Shown in pieces: positions 19,957 through 27,094 of a stretch of DNA of 32,000 nucleotides. How positions within the stretch are numbered: the first letter of the stretch is position 1; every line of letters begins with the position of its first letter. The position numbers were made by a program, and so were the translations under genes. Source of the DNA: Candidatus Saccharimonadota bacterium. Lineage in GTDB: Bacteria; Patescibacteriota; Patescibacteriia; 2-12-FULL-60-25. Under the pieces are notes generated by a model. The model ran no database searches. It was not told the origin of the DNA and worked only from the letters and a program-made list of their open reading frames with translations. The stretch lies in contig OY970357.1 in assembly GCA_963718585.1 (NCBI GenBank), forward strand, positions 660,001-692,000, written 5' to 3'.

Positions 19957-20247
19957 ATGGTTCGAACGTATTACGTCTACATACTGACGAACGATATTCG
20001 TAGCGTATTGTATATCGGCATGACGAACGATATCCATCGTCGTTTATACGAACACCGAACAAAAGCCGTCCCCGGATTCTCAAAAACCTACAACCTCAAC
20101 CGTTTGATGTATTTTGAGACCACAAGCGACGTTCACGAGGCGATCGGACGCGAAAAACAATTGAAACGTTGGTCCCGAAAGAAAAAAGAAGCGCTCATCT
20201 TGTGTTCTAACCCTCATTGGAACGATCTCTTTGAATCCGAGGTCTAA
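19957..20247 (+). CDS. Stand-alone GIY-YIG nuclease family protein (COG2827/UPF0213, YhbQ-like), 96 aa
   Basis: YYVYILTNDIRSVLYIGMTNDIHRRLYEH (GIY..YIG and the conserved Arg) and GREKQLKRWSRKKK (catalytic Glu region). No additional DNA-binding domain. Confidence 0.9.
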   Translation: MVRTYYVYILTNDIRSVLYIGMTNDIHRRLYEHRTKAVPGFSKTYNLNRLMYFETTSDVHEAIGREKQLKRWSRKKKEALILCSNPHWNDLFESEV

Positions 20248-20250
20248 ATG

Positions 20251-20366
20251 GAAGATGTCTCGACAGGCTCGACATGACATCTATTTTACGTCGTTTCAGA
20301 GATAAATGTCGTCTCAAGAATGAATGTCGTCTCGAGCGGAGCCGAGAGACCTTCCTCGTGAATTCA
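20251..20366. repeat. Continuation of the 121-bp repeat on the far side of the GIY-YIG gene (unit offset 47 to its end, plus the first ~43 bp of the next unit)
   Basis: gaagatgtctcgacaggctcgacatgacatctatttt-acgtcgtttcagagataaatgtcgtctcaagaatga + atgtcgtctcgagcggagccgagagaccttcctcgtgaattcaa. Differs from the upstream copies by one missing T and two substitutions. Confidence 0.9.
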
Positions 20367-20630
20367 AGCGGCCTTTCATCGGTCATGAGATACCAAAAGG
20401 CCAGACACAAGGTCCGGCCTTTGGTGCCATTCCATCGGACGAATCCGACAGGGGCGATTTTGTGACCGTCCACCCCGCCCCTCGAGAGGGGCAGGGCGGT
20501 CACGCAGTTGTGATCCGTGCGGCAAGCCGCAGTGGATTACAAGCTGACGGTCTGTGACTGCGAGAGATCCTGGACGTACACGTCGTTCGTCCAATCGCGC
20601 GACGTCTGACTTGCCGACGAATGCGGCACC

Positions 20631-23600
20631 TCAGAGTTGTCGGACCAGAGGAACGTCCCCGTGGCCGCCGCGGCACCACTCGGAGCTGCTGCCGTGTCCA
20701 AGTTGAAGACATTGGCGCTGCTCGCGAAGCCACCGAAGGCGGACGCTGTTGAGGAGGTAGCCCGTGACGACCGGGGCAGTCGGATCGCGGTAGAACGTGA
20801 AGGTCACGCTCGAACCCGCACCCGCGCCGGAGACCGTCGCGTGCATCGTGTAGACGTTACCAGAACCGGAGATGGACTCTTCCTGACCAGGCTGCATCGA
20901 GAAGATGACATACTGGTTGGAGGAGGAGGACATCGAGCCCGTCTTCAGGTCCGTACCATCACCTTCCGTGACGGCATAGGTATTCGTGTCGATATCGCTC
21001 GAATTGCGGCGCATGCGGAAGTTGCTCAGAGAGACATTGCATGAGGAGCAATTGTTGATCGAGACCTTGAACACGACCTGCTTGAGGGCGACCGAGCCTG
21101 CGCTGTCAGCCGCGACCTGGAACTTCAGGAGATCCTGGTCGATGTTGGCCAGCGTGGTGGACGAGAGCGACTGCTTCGTCACGACCGGCTGGGTCTTGCG
21201 GAGGATCTGGGCGTTGCCAAAGGCCGCGCCGTCCGCCGCGTACACGCGCTCACCGGAAGCCTGACCGGTCGCCCGGATGTTCAGCTTCCCAGAGTAGTTC
21301 GCGTTCCACTCACCCACCGTGGAGCTGCTGTTGAGACCCATCGCCGGCGCATTGCCGGAACGGGCGACACCAGTCGTCGCACCACTGACCGTGGAAGAGG
21401 CCTGGACCGAAGAGAGCTTGGCCCAGAGTTGGAATTGGACGGAACCGTCCTTCGGCACCATGACCGGGCTGGCCGAGAGGTCGATATCCTTCGTCCCGGT
21501 CGCGCCGGAAGAGAGGACACCCTGACCCAAGACCGCACCGTTCGAGGCGATGGCGATCGCAGAGAAGTCTGCATTGTCCGCCGTCAGACCAGCGGTCGCC
21601 GAGGCGAGCACTGCGATGCGGTCAAGCGAGATGTTCTCGTACTGAGCCGTGGCCTTGTACTGAGCGAACGGCACCCACGCGTCCTTGCCTGCCACGACGA
21701 TGTTGGTCGTCGGATGAGCGTCAGCCTGGACTGTGAGCGTACCGCTGTTGAGGATCGTCTGGACGACGACCGGGGACGTACCGGCATTCGAGACCACAGA
21801 GGCCGAGAGCGTCGGGGTCACCGTGTTGGCATCCTGATCCTGAGCCTGGATGTCAGCGGCGGCACCAACACCGACCGCGATCGTGTCCGGAGTCGTTGTC
21901 GACGCCGTGGACGAGAACGAGGCCTTGACCGTGAGGTTCTTTGTCGTGCCTGCCGGGACCACCAAGTTCATGTTCGAGATCTGCGCCTTGCCGGTCGTGG
22001 TGTCCGGAGCCTTGGCGAGACCGACCTGCGTGTCGCCATCATAGAGGGCGAGCGAGGTCACACGCTGTGAGAAGCTGGCAGCTGTGTAGCCGGCGCCCGC
22101 GATGTTCGCCATACCCGTGAGGGTAAGGTTCGTCACCGTGACGTCAGACTGTGCCGATGCCGCGAGCGTCAAGCCAGCGACTGCGACATTCTGCTGCTTC
22201 TTCACGATCGTGCCCGAGACAGGGGTCGAGGCAAGCTGGACGTCGAGGCCGGAAGCCTTCACCGTCTGCGCATTGCCCGTCACATTGCTGTTCGGGACGA
22301 TCTTGGACGTGTCGAGGAATTCACCCGTGTCAACGACGCGGACATCGCTCGAACCAAACGCCGTGAAGGTCGCGTGGTAGGAACAGTCCTGATTGCCGAA
22401 GAACTCACCCGTGGCGTCCTCCGTGTTGGAGAGATCGGACACGAGTGCGAGATTCATCGTCTGACCCGTCTGGATGTCGAACGTGTCGTTGAAGGTGAAG
22501 GTAGCTGTGTCTGCGCTGTTTGCCGTCGCAGACGGGATCTCCTGCGGGCCCATAAGGGTCTGACCGGAGTCCATGTCCTTGATCTTCACCGAGCGGAAGT
22601 AGTTGGTTCCGGAGGAACCCTTGATCGCGCAAAGCGCCGGCGAGCCCGAGTCCGTGGCGATGGTGAAGACCACCTTGCGGATCTCAAGCGTGTTGTCCGG
22701 AGACGTCAACGCGAATTTGTACAACGGGACCGCGAGCTGACCCTTCGCAATGTTCTGGGTCACCGGACCGTTGAACGAGTTCGTGAGCTGTCCACCCTGG
22801 GTGGTCACCTCAACGTAGTTCGAGCTGGTGCCATCGAAGGAGCCGTTGGTCGAGATATCGATCGCGGCACCTGCGTTGTACACCGTGTCGATCGCGGAGA
22901 CGTCCGTGGAGTACTCAACGTACGTCCGGATCGTGCGGCCCGCGCGGCCCGCCACGTCTGCGTGCAAGGAGAAGATCTTGGTCGTCCCATTGCCCACGAC
23001 ATAGTACGGGTTGAACTTCAAGACGATGTGACCATCAGAGTTGACGGTCGCGGCTGTCGCAACGAGCGTGGAGCCCTGATAGAGCTTGAGGTTCGACAGG
23101 TCAGAGTTCGTCACCGAACCCCCCTGATAGAGCGTGATCTGATGGAGCTCGATATCATCGGTGCCATTGGCAGTCAATTTGAAGTTCGAGATCTCCACAT
23201 CCTGTGCACCGATCGTCGGGTTGGCCGGCTGGGAGCCCTTCTGGACGTCCAGCTCGGAAGCCGCCGTGGTACCGACCGTGAAGACATTGCCGCGGACCGG
23301 GAACGAGCCCGAGATCGTGGAGTTGCCGCTCACGAGGATGGAAGCCGCATCCTGAAGTTCGAATGCGTGCTGACCACCTGTGTTCGTCGGGGACGAGAAG
23401 TCACCATACACGTACACCGCCATCGTCTGCCCAGCCGGCACCATGAGGTTCAAGTTGTTGAACTCAACGATGTTGGTCTGAGAGTTGATGGAGCGGCCCG
23501 TGGTCAGGCGGTTCCCGTTCATGTCGTACAGGTAGACGTTCGAGAAGTCCGACGTCGCACCGACGCCAACGCGATGGAAGTGCATCGCGGTGACCGTGGC

Positions 23601-24422
23601 ATCACCAGCACCGGCCGTCAGGTTGACCTTGACGAGCGGCACGGAGGACGCATTCTTCGGAACGTTCATGCCCGCCGGCGTGTCTGACGCGAGTGCCACC
23701 GTGAGGGCACCGCCGACAGCCTGCGCGCCACCCGGGAAGATGTCCGCGAGATCGGATTCATATCCGGTCACGTCAGCACCATTTCCGTAGGTGATGGTCG
23801 TCTCAACGGCCCACTTGGCATCGAGATGGTTGGCAGCCATGCCAGCATCCGTGACCATGCGCTTAACACCGTTCTGAACGACGTAAACTGCCGGGTCACC
23901 AGCGTAGGTGATCAACTGACCATCCGGGTGGACGGGAGTCGAAACCGACGAACCGATGGAGTAGTTCACGAAGAACCCGTCCGGAACGTCGATGATGCGC
24001 TGAGCCCAGTTATCACCGTAGAGCTGCTTCGCGAGCGCCTCGGATTCGATCCAATGGAGCACGCCGCCCTTGGTGACAGCATAGGTTTTGGGGTCCGTCG
24101 TGATCTTGACCAGGTTGGTACCCGGGCGGACCGTGACGTTTGCCCCGATCTGAATGGCAGCGAGTTCTGCGTCGGTGATCGTTTTCACCGTCGAGAAATC
24201 GTTATACCAGGTAAAATAGGTCTTTTCGTTCGGGAAAACATAGCGCTTCCCGTCCGCTGCGTAGTAATACACAGCCGGGCCCGAAGCCTTGATGAGATCA
24301 CCGGTGTTCAGCGTGGCAGCTGACGCAACGTTCGGAAGCGCCAATGTACCAATACCGACCGACCAGGCGATCGTCGTCAAAGAGACGAACGCGGTAAAGA
24401 CCTTCTTGAGGGAATTTTTCAT
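20631..24422 (-). CDS. Large secreted surface protein (S-layer/adhesin-like): signal peptide, 3 N-terminal ~55-aa repeats, then repeated Ig-like beta domains. The C-terminus appears frameshifted (see findings).
   Basis: MKNSLKKVFTAFVSLTTIAWSVGIGTLALPNVASA is a Sec signal. N-terminal repeats of the type GPAVYYYAADGKRYVFP / DPKTYAVTKGGVLHWI / DPAVYVVQNGVKRMV. Then recurring ~110-130-aa Thr/Ser/Val/Gly-rich modules (..LYDMNGNRL.., ..LKLYQGSTLVA.., ..LALYDGDTQVG..). Start re-called to ATG 24422. Confidence 0.75.
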   Translation of the reverse strand: MKNSLKKVFTAFVSLTTIAWSVGIGTLALPNVASAATLNTGDLIKASGPAVYYYAADGKRYVFPNEKTYFTWYNDFSTVKTITDAELAAIQIGANVTVRPGTNLVKITTDPKTYAVTKGGVLHWIESEALAKQLYGDNWAQRIIDVPDGFFVNYSIGSSVSTPVHPDGQLITYAGDPAVYVVQNGVKRMVTDAGMAANHLDAKWAVETTITYGNGADVTGYESDLADIFPGGAQAVGGALTVALASDTPAGMNVPKNASSVPLVKVNLTAGAGDATVTAMHFHRVGVGATSDFSNVYLYDMNGNRLTTGRSINSQTNIVEFNNLNLMVPAGQTMAVYVYGDFSSPTNTGGQHAFELQDAASILVSGNSTISGSFPVRGNVFTVGTTAASELDVQKGSQPANPTIGAQDVEISNFKLTANGTDDIELHQITLYQGGSVTNSDLSNLKLYQGSTLVATAATVNSDGHIVLKFNPYYVVGNGTTKIFSLHADVAGRAGRTIRTYVEYSTDVSAIDTVYNAGAAIDISTNGSFDGTSSNYVEVTTQGGQLTNSFNGPVTQNIAKGQLAVPLYKFALTSPDNTLEIRKVVFTIATDSGSPALCAIKGSSGTNYFRSVKIKDMDSGQTLMGPQEIPSATANSADTATFTFNDTFDIQTGQTMNLALVSDLSNTEDATGEFFGNQDCSYHATFTAFGSSDVRVVDTGEFLDTSKIVPNSNVTGNAQTVKASGLDVQLASTPVSGTIVKKQQNVAVAGLTLAASAQSDVTVTNLTLTGMANIAGAGYTAASFSQRVTSLALYDGDTQVGLAKAPDTTTGKAQISNMNLVVPAGTTKNLTVKASFSSTASTTTPDTIAVGVGAAADIQAQDQDANTVTPTLSASVVSNAGTSPVVVQTILNSGTLTVQADAHPTTNIVVAGKDAWVPFAQYKATAQYENISLDRIAVLASATAGLTADNADFSAIAIASNGAVLGQGVLSSGATGTKDIDLSASPVMVPKDGSVQFQLWAKLSSVQASSTVSGATTGVARSGNAPAMGLNSSSTVGEWNANYSGKLNIRATGQASGERVYAADGAAFGNAQILRKTQPVVTKQSLSSTTLANIDQDLLKFQVAADSAGSVALKQVVFKVSINNCSSCNVSLSNFRMRRNSSDIDTNTYAVTEGDGTDLKTGSMSSSSNQYVIFSMQPGQEESISGSGNVYTMHATVSGAGAGSSVTFTFYRDPTAPVVTGYLLNSVRLRWLREQRQCLQLGHGSSSEWCRGGHGDVPLVRQL

Positions 24423-24743
24423 AAACCCTGATGGGTCTTGCAATAGAGCGCTGTGGATCCGTGAGAATCCACGAGCACATTTGGTTGGTTTGATGAGTAA
24501 TTCGCCGTACCCTCCGAAACATCGGAGTCGACCTTTTGTTGGTACAGCGTATATGTGGAACGAGCGGACGTGCGGACTCTGAACAAGTCAGAGAGCACGA
24601 TGCACGAAGACATCGCACTGCCTGTTTCCGTCAGAACGCCCGAAGGCATACGAACGGTCCCAGGAACATCCCCCGCCCGGCAGGGCGACCGTCAGAGACA
24701 GGCACCCTGGGAGGCGAAGCACATGCTTCATCCCGTGATGCCG

Positions 24744-25898
24744 CTATGGCGGACCCGCATCGGATGATGACGTCGTCTGAACCGAAGGGGTCGTGGTTCC
24801 CTTTTGATCTGTGAGATCCGTGGTCGAAGACGCATTCATTGAGGTGGATGAAGCGCTCGTCGTCGAAGAAGACATCTCATCCATATTCAGATCGCCCGTC
24901 GAAGACGAAGATACCGCCGCTTGATCCAGCGTCTTTTGCATGGCGAACGCCTGTTGCGTCGCATCCTTCACCTGATTCACGAGGGCTGGGAGATCATTCA
25001 ATGTCGTCGTCGCAGAGGTCGACGACGCGATCTGGAGAAGGTCCGGCGTACTCGTCGTACTCTTCGTGCTCGTCGCGCCGGTCGACAACGTCGGGGTCGC
25101 GCCGGACGTCGCATCGGTCACGGCCTTGGCATGCTCTTCGATCGCATGCGTGACGTCCGAGGTCGGGACGGCGTTCTCATCTTGTGCATGTGTCGTTGCC
25201 AATACCTCGATCGCCGTGACGCTCGTATCCGCCGCAGCAGACTGCGCCTCCGTGACCTTTTCCTGCGAGGCTGGGGAAAGCTGCGCCTTCGTCTGCTGCA
25301 ACGATGTGATGACCTCCGCGGTCTTTTGATCCACGAGCTTCGCCGCCGCCGCGGTCTGATCCGCAGACGAATCGCTCGCCACATCTCCCAACTGCTGCTT
25401 CAAGGTATTGAGATCCTGCTTCAGGATCTCCGCCGCCTGCGTCACGCGGCCCGGATGCTGTGTATCGGTCGCGACCTTCTTCAGATCATCCACCCGACGC
25501 TTCGTGAATTCGGTCTTCAGGATCAATCGATCCGTCTTGACCGGCGTGAACGCCAAACGCGCCTGCTCGGTCGCAAGCTTCAATCCGTATAAGAGATCTC
25601 CGGGAAGCGCCTGCTCTGCCGCAGAGACGGAGAAGATGGAACCGCCGGACGCCACGAGCAGGATCGTCATGAACGCGATCACGGGTCGACGCACCCAAGC
25701 GCTGACCCGACGCGGAGCGAACATCCGGAAGGTCTGCGACACGCGCTCGCGGTGCGTGACCGACGCCGAAGAAGGCAAAGAGTTCTTCGCCTGCATGAGG
25801 AGCGTCTCGCGCGTTGCACGAACCCACGCCGGATCAGGAGTGATCCGGCGTTCCGCGTTCTTGAGATCGCGGAGCTGTTTAGCGAGGTCGGTGCTCAT
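24744..25898 (-). CDS. Putative anti-sigma factor: single-pass membrane protein with DUF5667-like extracytoplasmic domain and Ser/Thr-rich tail
   Basis: ATGA overlap with the sigma gene (25895-25898). TM segment PVIAFMTILLVASGGSIFSV. LPGDLLYGLKLATEQARLAF is the DUF5667 hallmark as I recall it. C-terminal ~130 aa are low-complexity S/T-rich. Confidence 0.65.
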   Translation of the reverse strand: MSTDLAKQLRDLKNAERRITPDPAWVRATRETLLMQAKNSLPSSASVTHRERVSQTFRMFAPRRVSAWVRRPVIAFMTILLVASGGSIFSVSAAEQALPGDLLYGLKLATEQARLAFTPVKTDRLILKTEFTKRRVDDLKKVATDTQHPGRVTQAAEILKQDLNTLKQQLGDVASDSSADQTAAAAKLVDQKTAEVITSLQQTKAQLSPASQEKVTEAQSAAADTSVTAIEVLATTHAQDENAVPTSDVTHAIEEHAKAVTDATSGATPTLSTGATSTKSTTSTPDLLQIASSTSATTTLNDLPALVNQVKDATQQAFAMQKTLDQAAVSSSSTGDLNMDEMSSSTTSASSTSMNASSTTDLTDQKGTTTPSVQTTSSSDAGPP

Positions 25899-26476
25899 GG
25901 GTTTGGTAGCGTCGTATCCAGGTCCTTGAGAGCTTTGAGGGCTCGATGGTAGATCACACGGGCATTCCCCGGTGTCTTCTCCAGTATCTCAGCGATGACC
26001 GTGAATGGCAGGTCGTCGACGAGACGGAGCGTGAGGACATCCCGATAGTCTTCTTTCAATCGTGCAAGCTTCGTGACAAGGACCGCAAGGTCCGCTCGGG
26101 CTTCGATGCGTGCTTTTTCACGCCCGGCGTCCCCTGCGATGGGTGTCATGTCAGTAGACGGATCCAGGGGGTCTTGTGTTACAGCATCCAGCGAAATGGT
26201 CCGATGTTCTGAGCGATATCGATCGACCACCAGGTTCCGCGCGATCCGGTAGACCAAGGCCCGAAAATTCGTCACATCCTTCCGATCGGAGATGTATTGC
26301 CATGCCCGCGTGAATGCTTCTGCCGTGACGTCCTGTGCATCATCCGCGCTTGGCAGCTTCAAAATGACAAATCGATAAATAGCCTCTACATAGCGGTCGT
26401 ACAGGCGTGCAAAGGCTTCTGGATCCTGCTTCGTCTTGATACGGAACAGGAGATAATGGTCGATCAGATTTGGCAT
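25895..26476 (-). CDS. RNA polymerase sigma-70 family, ECF-type sigma factor
   Basis: Region 2: DPEAFARLYDRYVEAIYRFVILKL...DAQDVTAEAFTRAWQ. Region 4: YRDVLTLRLVDDLPFTVIAEILEKTPGNARVIYHRALKALK. ATG 26476 (MPNLIDHY) is preferred. The track start at 26545 is a TTG and remains an alternative. Confidence 0.8.
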   Translation of the reverse strand: MPNLIDHYLLFRIKTKQDPEAFARLYDRYVEAIYRFVILKLPSADDAQDVTAEAFTRAWQYISDRKDVTNFRALVYRIARNLVVDRYRSEHRTISLDAVTQDPLDPSTDMTPIAGDAGREKARIEARADLAVLVTKLARLKEDYRDVLTLRLVDDLPFTVIAEILEKTPGNARVIYHRALKALKDLDTTLPNP

Positions 26477-26648
26477 TCGGATTGGGCGTTCACGGTTCGC
26501 CCAACGAACGTACTTTTGTTTGGACTCACGCTCTATGAGTGGCAATAAACGTACCGAAAAGAGAGCCGAAACACAAGAGGTTAACTTGCGGATAATCTCT
26601 TTTTTTCGACTGTTTTCGCTATTCGTATCTTATTTGTCTACACTAGCG

Positions 26649-26677
26649 TTGACAAAAGTAAGCTATTCCCCCAAACT
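26649..26677 (+). promoter_or_regulatory. Candidate promoter for the HTH gene
   Basis: TTGACA (26649-26654), 17-nt spacer, CAAACT (26672-26677), then 7 nt to ATG 26685. This geometry predicts a leaderless mRNA. The -10 is weak (3/6). Confidence 0.3.
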
Positions 26678-26684
26678 CTGATCC

Positions 26685-26984
26685 ATGACACGAAAAGGAA
26701 ACCCATCCGCTGAAGAGGAACCGATCCGCGTTTCCATCAACGAAGCCGCGCGCCTGTTCGGCATCCATGCACGGACCATCCGGCGCGCTCTCGCGAACAA
26801 CGAGATCCGATACATCATCGTTCGAGGACGGTACAAGCTTCACTTCGGCTCGCTCGTCACGTGGTCGCAGCGCACGACGACCGTCCGGAACAAGCGCGAT
26901 GCCAGAGGGATCGGACAGTGGGTCGATCAATGGAAGATCACGAATCCAAAATACTCCCCACGTCCGCCTGAAGAAAAAGGTTAG
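26685..26984 (+). CDS. Helix-turn-helix DNA-binding protein (excisionase/MerR-like HTH_17 type), 99 aa
   Basis: VSINEAARLFGIHARTIRRALANNEIRYIIVRGRYKL matches the HTH_17/excisionase-family pattern. Divergent from the ECF sigma gene. Confidence 0.7.
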   Translation: MTRKGNPSAEEEPIRVSINEAARLFGIHARTIRRALANNEIRYIIVRGRYKLHFGSLVTWSQRTTTVRNKRDARGIGQWVDQWKITNPKYSPRPPEEKG

Positions 26985-27025
26985 AAGCGAGAAGCGAGAA
27001 GCGAGAAGCGAGAAGCGAGAAGCGA
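26984..27025. repeat. Heptanucleotide microsatellite (GAAGCGA) x6
   Basis: Six perfect units counted directly, starting at the last base of the HTH gene stop codon. Confidence 0.95.
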
Positions 27026-27055
27026 GGGAAAGGATGTTCCCTAATTTGGCATCCA

Positions 27056-27087
27056 TTCTAGATTCTAGATTCTAGCTTCTAGATTCT
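27056..27087. repeat. Heptanucleotide microsatellite (TTCTAGA) x4.5, with one TTCTAGC variant
   Basis: ttctaga ttctaga ttctagc ttctaga ttct. Its reverse complement (AGAATCT)n is a diverged copy of the first array read as (AGAAGCG)n. Confidence 0.95.
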
Positions 27088-27094
27088 TTACCCC

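Noticed and set aside
19955-19966. tRNA T-loop-like string ggttcgaac
   Set aside because: It is the start of the GIY-YIG ORF (ATG GTT CGA ACG). No acceptor or anticodon stems can be built around it. No tRNA-like cloverleaf was found in any intergenic region.
20392-20424. Hairpin ccaaaaggcc..ggcctttgg with a T-run on the minus strand as a terminator
   Set aside because: Only 4 GC pairs plus A/T pairs with a 13-nt loop, lying about 115 nt beyond the corrected stop. Too weak to call.
20462-20503. Very stable GC-rich hairpin (gtgaccg..gcccct-cgag-aggggc..cggtcac) as the terminator of the surface-protein gene
   Set aside because: On the minus strand (the gene's strand) it is followed by AAAA, not a U-tract. 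On the plus strand the T-run precedes the stem. It may still be a U-tract-independent terminator or an mRNA-stabilising structure, but a canonical intrinsic terminator call is not supported.
19525-20557. Short ORFs in the track that lie within or across the repeats (e.g. MSSRAEPRDLPREF..., 19525-19719, 20324-20557, 19371-19601)
   Set aside because: They are generated by the repeat sequence itself. The 121-bp period is not a multiple of 3, so the frame changes from unit to unit, and the peptides have no domain-like features.
22374-23687. Long antisense ORFs opposite real genes (437 aa at 22374-23687; also 8330-9325, 14722-15798, 29693-30649, 3213-4100, 9822-10730, 11794-12585)
   Set aside because: They are Arg/His/Asp/Gly-rich with no recognisable motifs and fully overlap opposite-strand genes that have strong family signatures. 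This is a typical artefact of GC-rich DNA.
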